A stretch of 64,000 nt of DNA, from assembly GCF_036971445.1 (NCBI RefSeq), contig NC_091471.1, positions 191,518,001 to 191,582,000 on the forward strand, read 5' to 3'. This DNA is from Narcine bancroftii (Eukaryota). Positions 12,700 through 26,259 of the stretch are shown here, piece by piece. The notes beneath the pieces were generated by a model. That model ran no database searches, was not told the origin of the DNA, and saw only the letters and a program-made list of their open reading frames with translations. How positions within the stretch are numbered: the stretch's first letter is position 1; each line of letters starts with the position of its first letter. Position numbers and translations under genes: made by a program.

Positions 12700-13690
12700 T
12701 GTGATGTTAGTATTGGAGTGAATCAACTCATATCTCAGGAAGGACCTGGACCTACTCCAGTTTGCCTATCATCACAGCATATGTCATCTCACTGGTCCAC
12801 CGGTCTGCATTAGATCACAAGATGATCCTTCAAGACAGAACAGTGTTCTACACCATCATACTAGCAAATCTCATGACCAAGATAAAGGAATTTGGACTAT
12901 GACCATCCCTCTGAACCAGATCCTCAATTTCCTCATCGGCAGTCCCCCATCAGTGCAGAATGGTAAACATCACCTCCTCTTAATTGACCATCAACATAGG
13001 AGTAACCCATGACTGCCTGCTTACTTCCCTGCTCGATTCCCTCTCCATCTATGACTGAAGACAGGTTCAGCTTCAATTCAATTTATAAATTTGCTGTCGA
13101 CATCACCAGGATTGGTTGAATAACTAGAAATGATGAATCGGAATGCAGGATGGCAATTGTGAATCTTTTTGGGTGGTGCCAGAACATCAATATGGCTCTC
13201 AGCTTCACTAGGACCAAGGATCTTATTGTTAATTTTTCAGAAGGACCACATACCTTCCTTCATTAATTGGACAGAGATGGAGGGAGACAGTATCTTCAAG
13301 TTCCTGCGAATGCATATTTTAGAAGAACCAGCACAATGAGGCAACAATGAAGAAACACCAATGGCTCTACTATCTAAGGAGTTTGAGGAGATAGGACCTC
13401 CCATCCATTGCCGATACCCATGCGAGGCCCCACCTCAAGGAGACAACCATCATTGTAAAGGACCCCCATCACCCTGATCACAATCTGTTTTCACGATTAC
13501 CTTTGAGCAGAAGGTACAGAACTCTGAAGATCAGCACCTCAAGGTTCAGGAAAATGTTCTTTCCAACAGCTGTCAGATTCTTGAACCTTCCCTTGTTTCA
13601 CTAATCATAGAGAGCTCTGACAGCACAAAAGGACTATCTGCACTATTATGTCACATTTTTTGCACTAGAATGACTGTGACTATCAGATAC
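12700..13690 (+). mobile_element. Rex1/Babar-like LINE relic (old)
   Basis: Decayed RT segments (DLLQFAY, IYKFAVDIT, WCQNIN, KDPHHP) with many stops. Confidence 0.65.
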
Positions 13691-15495
13691 CTCAAGGCTG
13701 TGTGCTCAGCCCACTCCTATTCACGCTAATGACCCACGACTGCATTGCCAGATCCAGCTCCAACAATGTCATCATGTTTGCAGATAACACAACAGTCGTT
13801 GGCCGCTGCAGAAAAAATGATGAGTCACACTCTAGAGAAGAGGTGGAAAATATCATGAAATGATGCAAGGGTAACAACCTGAATCTCAACATGGACAAGG
13901 TGAAGGAGTTGATCGTGGACTTCAGGAGAACCAAGAACGAGCACCTTCCACTACACATCAGCAACTATGTAATAGAGAGAGTGCAGAGCACCAAGTTCCT
14001 TGAAGTTCACTTAACTAGTGATCTATTGTGGAGATTCAACATCTTCACACTTGCCAAGAAGGTACAACAGCAATTGCACTTCCTGAGAAGAATGAAGCAG
14101 ATAAGGCTACCAGCCACCAATATGTCAACCTTCTATAGATGCTCTATCAAGAGCATACTGGCCAGCTGCATCACCATGTGGAATGGTTGCTATAGAGAAA
14201 TGGATTGGAAATCAATCCACAGGACCATAAAAATGGCAGAGATGATCACTGGAGTCTTCCTCCCCCCCCTCCCCCCATCATCATTGACATGATCTACCAA
14301 GATCATTGTCTGGAGGGCGCACAAAATCATTGAGGACCCCTTCCATCCTGCACCCAGCATCTTTCAGCTGCTCCCCTCGGAGAAGAGATACAGGAGTTTC
14401 AGAGCCAGCATGACTAGGATGAGGAACAGCTTCTACCCATGGGCAGTGAAAATGCCGTACAACCAAAGGAACTGGTCACACTAATCATCTGAGATTTTCA
14501 TTTGTACAAAGCAATATTTATTTATTTATTTTTATAAACAAAATACTTGTCCTGAATATGTACTATTTGTCTGTATATCTGAGTTTCTCATCATGAAACA
14601 ATATTTATGTATTTATTTGTATAGTTGAAATACTTGTCCTGCATATGTATTGTTTGCCTGTATGTGTGTTATGTCTGGTTGTATGCCTGCATGTTTTGCT
14701 CTGAGGACCTGTTGTGTGTGGAGGAAGTGTGGCCTCCCTGCCTGTCTGGAACGTGCATATTGTGAATGGTCACATGTCTGCCCCATCTGGAACCTATTCA
14801 GATGTGACATCACCTGTCCATTAAGGTTGGACCCCAGCCACCCATTAGTGCACACCTTGCCATTGGCTAATTTAAATCAGTGGGGTTATTATTAGCTAGA
14901 AGCACGGATTAAAACCGTATATAGAACCAGCACATGGTACATTCTTTCTCTCTGCTTTATGGTCTAAGACCTGGACTCTGCTCCATGCTAGGTCACTACT
15001 GTGGATGTCGCTGGAAGGGTTGCAGGTAAGGTGTGCTCTATACTGAAGCTGAGCCATGGTATTGTGATAGATCGATACTTTCAGTAACATATGTAAGAGT
15101 CCCTGTTTATACTGTGTGAGCGGGGTTGAATATAGGTTTACTATCGTCGGCGTACAACTGATTTCTGAGGTGAATATCTATATCGTCACTTACGTGAAAT
15201 AGTGTGTGTAGCGTGTGAGCAGGTCAATTATAAGTCTACTGTTATTGGAGTCTAACTGATATCCAAGGTGAATGCCTGTTCATGAATTAGTAATTATGCA
15301 CCATTTAACATTCTTCCTCTATTTGTTTCCCCTGTGTTAATGAAGGTTATGTGTGATTGAAACTCTTGTGTCCAGACTCATCTCTCTGTGAACCCACTGA
15401 ACCTGATACTCTTCCCAACGTGACAGGGCTGGAGAACACTGTTTCCTTGGGTTATACTTGTACACTCTGATGACAATAAACTTGACTTGATTTGA
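13691..15495 (+). mobile_element. Rex1/Babar-like LINE 3' half, interrupted by a solo LTR
   Basis: PQGCVLSPLLFTLMTHDC, MFADNTTVVG, KELIVDFRR; the 3' UTR resumes after 15430 and ends AATAAACTTGACTTGA. Confidence 0.8.
14710..15425 (+). mobile_element. Solo LTR (716 bp)
   Basis: TG...CA ends; splits the Rex1 UTR (GAGGACC|GGAGAAC, intact in the 33760-33960 copy); decayed 5-bp TSD GGACC/GGGCT; CCATTGG and TATATA promoter-like motifs. Confidence 0.65.
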
Positions 15496-15659
15496 AATGT
15501 AAAAACTGGAGGATAACTGGGGAAAGGACACAACCATGCGAGGACTAAGGGGTGAATTATGTTTGAAGTCAGAGGAAGTGGATCAGTGTCAAAGCCAATG
15601 GGGGGCTTTTGCAGGCATTACCACCCGTAAACAAGCTATTATGACCCACCAACCCATGT

Positions 15660-16012
15660 TAGCATGGCCAGATGTCTGGTTTTAGGCTAAACAGCTGTCC
15701 TCCATTTGTGGCATCCTGGGCCATGTTTCTTGCACACAGGTGCTAATTCCAGCTGACGCATGTGCAATGGATTGGAGTACCAGGGCCACCAGCATCACAT
15801 CCCCCTCCCTCTAACAGAAGTAATGCTAGTGGCCCCGGTACTCCAATCCACTGTGTATTTCCCAGCTGGCACTAGTGTCTGCACGCACTAAGAAACATGG
15901 CCTATGGATGCCAGGATGCCTCATTTAACATGGTAAGTGCCTCCCCAACCCCCCTCCCAACACATTGCTGAATGAGTTTTTGTACAGCAAATTGTGCCAC
16001 CCTGTTACCCTA
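15660..16012. mobile_element. Probable hAT-Tip100-type MITE with ~200-bp foldback
   Basis: Left end TAGCATGGCCAGATGTC, right end TGTTACCCTA; inverted arms across 15709-15913; no TSD seen. Confidence 0.45.
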
Positions 16013-16074
16013 ATGTCCTCAGTTAAGACTTGTTCTGGCACCGACCCTGAAGAGGATGAGGTATAGAAGAGGTT

Positions 16075-16300
16075 TTTTAATTTATACAATCAGCACAGTA
16101 ACAGGCTATTTTGGTCCATGCTGCCCAATTTACACTCCATTAATCTACACCCCAGGTACGTTTAGAAGGGTGGGAGGAAACCAGAGCCTACTGCTAAAAC
16201 CCACACAGATATGGGGAGAATGTACAAACTCCTTACAGATAGTTGTCCCATCCAGATCTCTGGGATTGCACTAACCAACTATGCCAACTGTGCCACCCAA
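16075..16300 (-). mobile_element. tRNA-derived V-type SINE
   Basis: Family core in reverse (GGGTGGGAGGAAACCAGAGC..GGGGAGAATGTACAAACTCCTTACAGA). Confidence 0.75.
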
Positions 16301-16309
16301 CAGTATAGA

Positions 16310-16700
16310 ATATTAGAGCAGGGAAATGATGCTCAGGCTTTATAAGGCACTGGTGAGACCTCATTTGGTGTATTGCAAGCAATTTTGCGCTCTTCATTTA
16401 AGAAAGGATGTGCTGACTTTGGAGAGGGTTTAGAGGAGGTTCACAACGATTATGCTGAAAATGAAAAAGCTATCATATGAGGAATGTCTGATACCTCTTG
16501 TCCTTTACTTGTTGGAATTTTGGATTACTTTGTACCAGCATTCACCAAGATAAATCGCATGGTGAAGAGTAAGTGCAGTGTTGGGTGTGATAATGTATCA
16601 GGGCACTTTGAGATCAAGAAAAAAGTGGTGCTAGGTCTTTTGAAAACTATTAAGAAGGATAATTTCCCAAGGCTGTATGGAATATATCTCAGTTAATCAA
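16310..16700 (+). mobile_element. Old CR1 fragments
   Basis: MMLRLYKALVRPHL..LERV and a second piece (AFTK..VLGLLKTIKKDNFPR) homologous to CR1 ORF2. Confidence 0.6.
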
Positions 16701-17068
16701 GAATGTCTGCAGACACTGTGATTCTAGTTTAATGCTCAGAAGTGCTGGTGAAACTCAGCATGTCACGTGGCATTCATAAGAAGCAAAGATATATAACCAA
16801 CAATTATGGGCCTGAGTCCTTTGTCAAGGAAGAAGCAAAAAGCAGACAGGCACCTGAATAAAAAGGTGGAAGAGGGGGTAGGGCGAGGAGCACAGGCCAA
16901 CAGGCAAGAGGTAATAGATGGATATAGGTGAGTGTAAAGGTTAAAACCTGTTGTTTTTAATTTTGTGCCTGTCTCTTTAAGAGAATTATTGTTTGGGAAA
17001 TTATCCTTCTTAATAGTTTTCAAAAGACCTAGCACCACTTTTTTCTTGATCTCAAAGTGCCCTGATAC
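16595..17068. repeat. Perfect 76-bp inverted duplication
   Basis: 16595-16670 is the exact reverse complement of 16993-17068 (checked base by base). Confidence 0.95.
16705..16935 (-). mobile_element. Penelope-like terminal repeat fragment
   Basis: AAGTGCTGGTGAAACTCAGCA.. motif shared with the other Penelope termini. Confidence 0.6.
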
Positions 17069-17429
17069 CATAAAGCTTGATGAAATATGTCATAATATGT
17101 CATAATATCCGCCCAGGCTAATGGCTTGCCCTTTCATTCTACAAGATGTGAAGGAATCGTGAGCATGAGAATTTTTTCTTTGAACCTGTGTCTCTTTAAA
17201 GTTTGTGTATTGCTTTAAAAGCTTTTGTATCTCTTTCAGCTAGTATCTCTACATATGTTTGTATCATACAGTAAATACTTTGTTATTCATCATTATGAAA
17301 GACAATCTGAAGCTATGTAAAATGTTTATCTGTTTATCCATTTTATCAACAAATTAAAAGTACATAAAATAGCAGCCCCAGAGTTTGATTTGTTGGATAA
17401 AACAGATCTAAATTTGAGATATCGCAGCT

Positions 17430-18105
17430 CATACTTTGGAAGATGATACTCTGAAATTTGGATATGTTAGAATAAGGAAAGAGTCCTCTATAGTGGGAGA
17501 GGGCAGAAGAGACAAAAACTGAGGGAGGGGTAGCTCTCTGAATGGAAAGGGAAGAGTGTTGAGCGTTGAAGGAAAGGAGACGGGGTAGGGAAAGCGGCAG
17601 TGACAGGGGAAGGGTGAAATGGAAACCGGAGAAGTTGATGTTAATGCCATCTGGTTGGAGAGCCATATTGGGTCCCATTCCTCCAATTGTGGGTGGCTTT
17701 GGTTTGGCAGTGCATGGATAGACATGTTGGTGTGGGAATGGAGCATGGTATTTAAAAGGTTGGCCACTGGAAGGTTCCCGCTATTGCAGTGGAGAGAGTT
17801 AAGCACTAATGAAAAATCTCCCAGTTGGCATCTGGTTTCTTTAACTTACAGGAGGCCACAACAAAACCACCAGATGTAGTAGATAACACCTGCAGATTAA
17901 CAAGTGGAGTGTTGCTTCACTTGGAAGGACTGTTTGGAGTCCCGAATGGTGGTGAAGGAAGAAGCATAGGTGCAAGTGTAGCATTATAGGCATATACAGG
18001 GTTAGGTGCCAAGGGGACGATTAGTTGGAAGGGATGAGTGTAGTGGTTCTGGAAGAAGGTGGAGAAAGGAGTAAAGGGAAGATGTGTCTTATTGAGGGAT
18101 CATGT
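17430..18105 (-). mobile_element. Penelope-like element relic (GIY-YIG endonuclease region)
   Basis: Minus-strand translation KQSFQVKQHSTC..VIYYI..CGLL..ETR..LPVAN..HSHTNMS, typical of the PLE GIY-YIG domain. Confidence 0.75.
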
Positions 18106-19118
18106 TTGAAAAAAGAGTGAGTGTCTGGAATGGGTTGTCAAAGTTAATGGTGGAAGCAGAAATGATTGTAATGTTTAAGAAGCTTTTGTATAGATACATG
18201 AATGTACAGGGAATATAGGATATGTTTCATGTGCGAGCATGAGCTTAATTTGGGCACCATGTTCAGCACAGATATTGTGAGCCAAAGAGCCTGTTCCATT
18301 TCTATGTTTGAATTGTGATTACTACCCCCAAAATTATCACCCACTGAAAACACAAAGTGAAAATTAATTTAAAAAAATTCTTCAAATGGAGCCCTTTTTC
18401 TCGATGGACTTTCTGTGTAGTTGCCCCAAAAAAACCTTGCTTGGATATACTTTACAAATTCCTTCCCATTTAAAATCCCTCATACTGAAGGACAGTTGAA
18501 ACCACCCCCCCAACAATTGTGCTTCTTTTGCTTTTATACTTCTCTTGCAATTTGTCTAAGCATCTGTTGTTGCTGACTGCTGGGAAGTCTTTAAAATAGT
18601 CCTAGCTGAGCGTTAAGTTCTACCTTACTTGTCTTCCAAGGCATCCTCCCTGTGTACTGCATTGTTATTTCCCCCTAATCAATATTACAATGCTCCTCCT
18701 CATTTCTCTCCCTATCCATCATGCATAAAACTTCACCTTGAATCGTTGAACTGCCAGTGCCTTAATTCAAACATATTTTTGAGATTAGAATAATTTTGCT
18801 TAGTAATAATATTTCTGCATCAGGGTAATGGACAAATTATGCAGGCTGTGACCAATGGTTCTAAAGAGTATTTCTGTATTAATTTGTAAGTCTTGGATAA
18901 TGTGTTCCCACAATAATTTCAGGACAAACTGTGGAACAGATGTTTTAAAAGAAAATAATCCCAAAGATTCTGCCTCTGCATTTTTGTGCCTGGCAGACAA
19001 AGGGCAGAATTGGAGTTGCCAGATTGTGGATTCATTAGTAAATGATTTAAGTTAAAGATTTAATAAATGATTTTATAATTTAGGACTTTTAAAATTATTT
19101 TTAGTAATATTAATAGTC

Positions 19119-19386
19119 TGCGGCAGCGCACATCCTCATGGTCAACCGGCCCTGCTTGTATCGCCATGTGGCAGGGCAGCCATGGGGAAATGGCATCGTC
19201 AGAGGTTTCTCTCTGACTCCAGCATCCCTTCCAGCGCATGCCCTGGGCAGCGATTATGAGGCCACAATTCACCAGGTTGACTGAACTCATGCTACCCTTA
19301 AAGGGACGTGCTGAATTTGAATAAAAACAGTCGTTAACGACCCTCAACATGGTGGCTGTGTTTCTTCCACTGCTCACACCACCACA
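19119..19386 (+). mobile_element. Solo LTR of the Gypsy family at 44380-48063
   Basis: 268 bp, TG...CA, reverse complement of the LTRs at 44380-44646 and 47797-48063; AATAAA near 19320. Confidence 0.9.
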
Positions 19387-19399
19387 CTCCTGCCAATTC

Positions 19400-21560
19400 A
19401 GGGTTCAGATTTGACTCTTGAGATTCTTTTTCTCTGCAGGTGAGGCAGAATTACCACTTATTGGTAGTGCAAAAAAAACTGTACACAACATACACATGTA
19501 AACAAATAAAGAAATGTAAACACACTGACAGTGCAATATAGAGAGGAAATTAAAAAAAAGTGCAAAAATAAGAGTCCTTAAATAAGTCTGTGATTGAGTT
19601 TATTGTTGAGGAGTCTGATTATGGAAGGGTAGCAGCTATACCTGACCTGGTGCTATGAGTCCTGTGGCATCCACACACTCTTTTCTGATGGTTGCAGAGA
19701 GAGTAGAGCACATGCTAGGTGGTGTGGATCCTTAATGATTGCTTCTGCTCTCTGACAGCTGCGTTCTCTGTAGATGTTCTCAATGGTCGGGAGTGTTTTG
19801 CATGTGATGTCCTGGGCTGTGTCCACTACCTTTTGCAAGGCTTTTCGACTGAGGTATTAGAATCCCCATACTAGGCCATGATGCAGCTGATCAGCACATT
19901 TTCCACCACACGTCTGTAGAAATTTGCCAGGGATTCTGATGTCATATTAAATCTCCACAAACTTCTGAGGAAGTAGAGGTGCTGACATTCTTTCTTCGTG
20001 CATTTGTTCATTGGGTTTAGGAAAAATCCTCCAAGATAGTAACTCCCAAGAACATAAGTGTGCTTTCCCTCTCCACCTCTGATTTCCCCCATGATCATTG
20101 GATCATATATATCTGGTTTTCTCTTCCTGAAGTCAGCAACCAGCTCATTGATTTTGGTAACGTTCATTGCGAGGTTGTTGTTGGTGCACCATTCTGCCAA
20201 GCTTTCTATCTCCCTCCCATATGCTGACTCAATGCCCCTTTTTATACAACCCACTACTATGGGATTGTCAGCAAATTTGTGGTGGTGATGGTGTTGCCAA
20301 ACCGAGTCACACAGCCATAGGTGTAAGGTGAGTCGAGCAGGGTGCTAAGAACACAGCCCTGTGGTGCTCCAGTACTGATGAAGATGGTGGAGACCACTGT
20401 TTGTGGTCTGGAGGTGAGGAAATCAAGAATACAATTATACAGTGGGATGTTGATAAAATCACAACAGGGTGGGGGGAATGAGGAAGTTGGCTAAACTGTA
20501 GGTAGACCTAGGGGCTCGTATAGTGTAGTCAGGCTTTGCAACATGATAGGAAAACAGTAGAAGAAATAAATTAGCAAAAAGCTGACACACAAAATATGTC
20601 AGAGCAATGAAGATGGCAGCAACATCTGAGAGAACAATAGAGCACTAATCACCTGCGCTGACTGGCACCCTGAGACTTTGCATATGCGAGAAAGTAGCTA
20701 CAGTATGGATAACCTGTGGTCATATGATTGGTAAAATATTATACAGCAAGCATACTAACTCAGAGATACTTTGTATATGTGAGGAACTAATTGAATATTA
20801 AATATTAAAAGATGAAGTCTTTTATGACTGGTGTAACATTATACAGTATGCTATGGATCAGGATAAAAGAAAATGTATTATAGCTGTTCGGGGGGACTTT
20901 TGTCACCGACTCCAGAAATGGCATTTCAGTACTAGTGGTGAATGAAAGTGACCCGATCTGCAGATTAACAAATGATCCAACGAAGACTCTAGTTGAAGTC
21001 AGAAATTTCGTGCGAGCACCCTGTGGACCTGGAATCCATGGGGTGGGGGGGGGGGGGTTTGAGACCCAGGTCTTGGAGTTTGCAATTAGCTTTAAGGGGA
21101 TGGTGGTGTTAAATTCCAAATGTTAGTTAATAAGGAATATCCTGGTGTATGTATCTTTGTTGTCCAGGTGTTCCAGAGCTTTGTGCAGAGCCAGTGAGAT
21201 GGCATCCATCATAGACCTGTTGCTATGATAGGTGAATTGGAACAGATCCATGTTGCCGCTCAGGCAGGAGCTGATGTGCCAGCCTTTCAAAACAATTCAT
21301 TGCTGTTTATATAAGTGCTACTGGTCAATAGTCATTTAGGCAGGTTACTACACTCTTCTTGGGCACTGATACGATTGATGCCTGTTTGAAACAGGAGGGT
21401 ACCACACCCTGCCAGAGTGAGATATTGAAGATATCCATGAATTCACTGGCAAGCTAGTCAGCACAGAATTTTAATACTCGGCTGGGTACTCCACCTGGAC
21501 CAGATGTTTTCCTCAGATTCACTTTCCTGAAGGCAGTCTGCAGGTGATCCTCTAATATGG
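19400..21560 (-). mobile_element. Rex1/Babar-like LINE relic, interrupted by a solo LTR
   Basis: Minus-strand PQGCVLSTL, AEWCTNNNL, ELVADFRK, IIKDPHH; continuity TGGG|..GAGACCCAGG across the insertion. Confidence 0.8.
20448..21038 (+). mobile_element. Solo LTR (591 bp), ERV-like
   Basis: TG...CA ends, 5-bp TSD TGGGA/TGGGG, ATTGG box and GATAAAA..TGTTCGGGG arrangement; interrupts Rex1. Confidence 0.6.
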
Positions 21561-21814
21561 ACAGGAGAGGATCACTAATGCCTTTCAATACATTCAATGT
21601 CTGTTGATGTCTTTGGCTGTGCAATTATAGCAGAGAACAGGATGGTGCCTGATGTAAAATCTAATTAGAAAGCAAGAAATCAACTAATAGAAAGGTAATA
21701 AGGAAACATTTAAAAGGAGTGTTTGAGGAAAGATCATTTAACTTAGAAATCTGATATGGGAACATTCAGTGCAGTGCAGTGGAAAGCTGATTCTTTATTT
21801 GGAATAAAACGATG

Positions 21815-22326
21815 AGCGTGCAAAGAAGGTTTACAGAGGATGCAAAGGTTTACAAAAATGTTGCTTGGATTGCAGTATCTTGAGTTTGGAGAAAGATTGA
21901 GTAGACTGGGACTTTATTCACCAGAGTGTAGATGGTTGAGAGGGGATTTGATAGAGGTATTTAAAATTATGAAGGGAATAGATAGAGTAGATTTGAATAG
22001 GCTCTTTCCCCTGAAGGTAGGGGAGATTGGAACAAGGGGTCATAAGTTAAGGGTTAGGGGGCAAAACTTTAGGAGTAATATAAGAGGATAGTTCTTCACT
22101 CAGAGAATGGTGGCTGAGTGGAATGATCTAATGGAAGAAGTAGTTGTGGCAGGGACAATCCTGTCATTTAAGAGGAGGTTAGATGAGTAAATGGATGTGA
22201 GGGGGTTGGAGGATTATAGGCAAGGGAGAGGGTAGGTGGAACTAGTGGAGTTTCACGTAAAACGCTGCAGACTAGAAGGGCCGATATCGCCTGTTTCCAT
22301 ACTGTAAATGTTTATATGGTTATATG
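21815..22326 (+). mobile_element. CR1 3' fragment
   Basis: QRFTKML..LRGDLIEVFKIMKG..TRGHKL; tail GCCTGTTTCC..(TATATGG)n. Confidence 0.85.
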
Positions 22327-23102
22327 GAAATGTAGATGGTCCTTGAGACTCTGGTTTCCAGTGCATGTGGATGCTCATTCAGTACCTGATGTTTAGACTG
22401 GCAATAAAATGTCATTTTTGCTTGTGAAATGTTTATTTCAAGTGGCTCAGGTGAAGTTCACTGCTACTTCTATATTTTACATCTCCTTACAAAGGATACT
22501 GCCATGTTTATTCCAATGGGTGACCTGTAAAAGCTGGATCAAGACAACAAGAGTCAGAGGCAGGACAGAGACATGCACCAGGACTTAAAGAAGGAAGAGA
22601 AGAGATTACATTTGTGGATTTAATCCCATGTGAGTTTAAGGAGCCGATCAACAGTGATTAATCTATGCTATAATTCTCCCATGGTTGCTGATGGCAACAG
22701 CAGGCAGGTCACTGTTGCTTTCTAATCAAGGCAAATGATGTGTTATTTTCTGTAGTAGATGCTATTGGGATCATTTATGAACATTACAGACTTCCCAAGA
22801 TTCCAGGAATAAAAGATTGCACATGAAGTGCTCCAGCCTCTGCTTCAGAACCCAGTCTCCTTATGAATAGCTTTCACGTGTCCCTCTAAATCAGCTGCTC
22901 AGTGTCCCAGGATAGGAATGGGGGGGTTGGCTTTTCACACTTGACAATTCTTCACTGGGACACTGAATGCTTTCACACTTGCTAGTAGCTATCCTGGTTC
23001 TACCTTCAATTGGAAGTGCCAGATGACACAAAATGTAGCAGTGACGTTATCTCATTCTGTACAATGGCGGGCATCAGACAGATCACATTGGATGTCCTGA
23101 AG

Positions 23103-24530
23103 ATGTTTGAATCTATCCCTTGGCAATCAGGTCTTATCAACCTCCTTATCTGCAAATTGGTGCAAAGAGTAACTGGTTCTTAAAAAAAACAGTGGACATC
23201 TGAACTTAGGTGGCAGAATTTTAATGATATCTTGCATATAACCTCTGAAGTGTTTGAGGAGGAGAGTGTGGCCGAGCTGAGAGTCCGATGTTTTTAAAAA
23301 AAAAATGTGGTATCTTGAAAGAGTATATAATAGCAGAAGGATGTGGAAGAGGGAGACCCCTCAAGGACCTGTATTCTGTCTTTGAAAAATACAATGATGA
23401 CCAGTGGCTTAGGAATCTATGAATGTCTTATGCTATGTTTGATTTCATTGCTGGGATACTGGGGCCACACCTGAGGCTTAAGATCATGAAATTCATAAGT
23501 CCACTGGAACCCCGGGTCAGACTTGCAACTGCCTTGTGGTCGTATGGCACTCCTGGAGCATATCATTCTGTCAGTGTTCTTTTTGGAGTTGGTATCTCCA
23601 CTGTATTCACAGTGGTCAAGCAGGTGTCCGCAGTGGTGAAAAAGAACCTCATGCCACGTTTCTTAGGGCTGCTGTCTGGGAGTGTCTTCAGGAGACAATG
23701 GAGGCATTTGAAAGAAGGGGTGGTTATTCAATGTGTGCTGGTGCCATTGATGGCACACATATGCCCATATGCCACAATCAAAAAGGGTGGCACTTCATTG
23801 TTCTGCAAGTTGTTGTCAACTACAACTAATAAAGTTGATATTTCCATTAATTTCAGTTTTCCTCACCTGAAAATGTAAGCATTCTGTTATCTAGCTTTCA
23901 CCCTCTGTATTTCCCTCTTCACAGATGTGTATGTGGGTTGGCCAGGTCGCACCCATGATGCTCGCATTCTTATCAACTCTCCCATTTACAGAATGGCCAA
24001 TGATGCAGGCAGTCATCTATGCCCCAGTGACATAATTGAAAATGGCAAAGCGTAATGATGCTTTAACATGTACATGTTATCATCTAAAGTGTTCGATGTG
24101 ACACATGATATTGGTGAGTTGACACTGCCATTTTTCCATTCTTCTCTGAGTCACCCATACATTCTCAATGATGCTATCACAGACATCCAGAAATGTTGGT
24201 GTGGAAATACCTGCACAGTTGGTTGGGGACCCTACCTACCCACTGAGAAAATGACTGATGAAGGGATTCATGCAACATCACCACTTTGATCACAGCTAAG
24301 CACACATTCATCTTCAGTCTGATCTCTGCCAGAATGGTTGGGGAGAATGTCTCAAAGGATGCTGGAGGGGCCTGTCGAAATGATTAGATATTGATACCAC
24401 CTTGGTGTCAGAGGTTGTTGTTGTCTTCTGTACCTTGCATAATAACTGTGAGCTTAACAAGGAGGTCTTCCTGGAAGAGTGGCAGCGTGAAGCCTCTGAT
24501 CTCCCTCCACCATATGTGATGCCATTATGA
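23103..24530 (+). pseudogene. Harbinger DDE transposase (HARBI1-like family), intron-containing, disrupted
   Basis: RLATALW..G..Y..V..LFGVGISTV, GAIDGTH, VGWPGRTHDARIL, LVGD, LKGCWR, CTLHNNCE; acceptors TTCACAG (~23923) and TCACAG (~24182); start approximate. Confidence 0.85.
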
Positions 24531-24899
24531 TAGTCCTGTGTGGGATTGAAGATAATAACTGACTCATTTCCATTCAAAGTAAATAAAACTGTATTGCTTG
24601 TCTTGGAACATAATGCAACTGTAAAATCTAAACTTTATAATAAAACCTGTTTAATAACCGTTGGAACATCATGTGCAACCATTGTGTAAACATGGACAAA
24701 AAAATTGTGAGTAAAAATGGTGCAAGAATTTTCTTCAATAAAACTCTAACATTTGGAGGAAACATCTTTGGCATCTCTTAACTCTCAAAAACCTTTAACT
24801 TTAGTTCAACACCATGCAGAATATTTAAATGGAACAACTTCAGCAATGAACACATGTGAAACTTTTCATTGGGTATCTCCATCCTCTTTTTCCAGCAGG

Positions 24900-26259
24900 T
24901 GAGTGGAGGAGTTGGGATAATGGCCAATGAGGGGGTGTTTAGCTGAACCCTCAGCATCAACCATGAGAAACCAAGAGTGCCTCGTTTGAGGTGGGGTGAT
25001 AACGGTTGGCCCATAGGGAGGGTTCAGTATTGGAGCTGGATGATAGCAGTGGGAGGGGGAAGGTTGTGTAGGGTGATAAGAGGGAGGAGAATGGAATGGG
25101 GAGTGTTGACGGAGATGCAAGGAGGGAGGGATATGCAATAAGGCTTGTGGCATCATGGTGGCAGATGATGGTTGGAATGAGGGGGAATCTGGTGAGGGGG
25201 GGGAGGCAGGAGGCCTGCCGCTGGAGGAAGGAGACTGAATGGTGGAGAGCCAAGGTTGGACTCCATAATTACACAATGGATGAAGCCTTATGTCAGTTAT
25301 CAACAGTGCGAATCCATCATTTTCAGCCTGTTGGTGGCAGGTTTCTGATTTGCACTCTGTTGCTCCTGCATTATCCCCCTGCAACATCTCTGCATGTCTT
25401 TCCCTTCAGTGCTATTTTCTTTCCTGTTCAATCATGTCTATTTCCAATATAAGCCTATGCATCACAACTGCCTCCTCCTGCCTCTCTGTGGGCTTATGTT
25501 TCCGCCTCCTGGACAGCGGTGAGGCACATATGTAAATTAAATGCCACATCTTGACCATTGATTCAAACCAGAAGTGACATTGGGGGAAAAAATAAATTAA
25601 GGGTCTTACCATCTCCCAGTACAGCAGGTAGTGTGATTCCTGTGGTTTTTTTTTTGCCTGTTGACTGGTCAGTTGCAGTCTGCTGGTCAGCTGAAGTAGT
25701 GCCGGGGATGAGGCAGAGGGAGAGGCTGAGGTACTGGTGGGGGTGGGAGGGAGAGAATGTACTAGGAGTGGATGAGGGACAGGGGTGGTTGATGGATATG
25801 TGACAGACGAGGTACAAGGGGCATCCAGTTCCTGCATCTCAACTTCCTCCTTCTCCTCCTCCTCCTGCTCCTCCTCCTCAGTTTGCAAACTAGATTCAAG
25901 GGATTGCACAGCAGTCCCACTCCTAGCCTGCAGGTTGCCTACAAGGGTGAGTCATGTAGCTTGCCTGCTTGTACCCCATATGTCATATGCCAGGTTAAAA
26001 TGAGGCCAGTCCCAACAGTCTGCACTACTCCTCCCATTATGGTCCATGACCTGGTGAAGCCTCCTTTTTAATGTCTTTAACTTGTTAATGACCTGTTTTT
26101 TTTGTATCTCTGATATCCCATTCCCCTGAGCTTTGATTTAATGCCCTCATAAAATCATCCATCTTTAATTGTGCCCATTAATTCATATCCAGTTCCCTCC
26201 TCCAGGCTTCGGGTGAGGAGTTGTTGCACCTCCCTATCTCCCCAGTTTGCAGAAGACAT
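24900..26259 (-). pseudogene. Harbinger Myb/SANT-like (trihelix) DNA-binding protein, disrupted
   Basis: MSSANWGDREVQQLL..KQVINKLKTLKRR..WPHF..IWG, then acidic and Pro/Ser-rich tracts; donor GTAAGA at 25609; 3' end approximate. Confidence 0.75.

Noticed and set aside
23103-26259. Domesticated HARBI1/NAIF1-type host gene pair
   Set aside because: Both frames are disrupted and terminal repeats remain, indicating a dead transposon.
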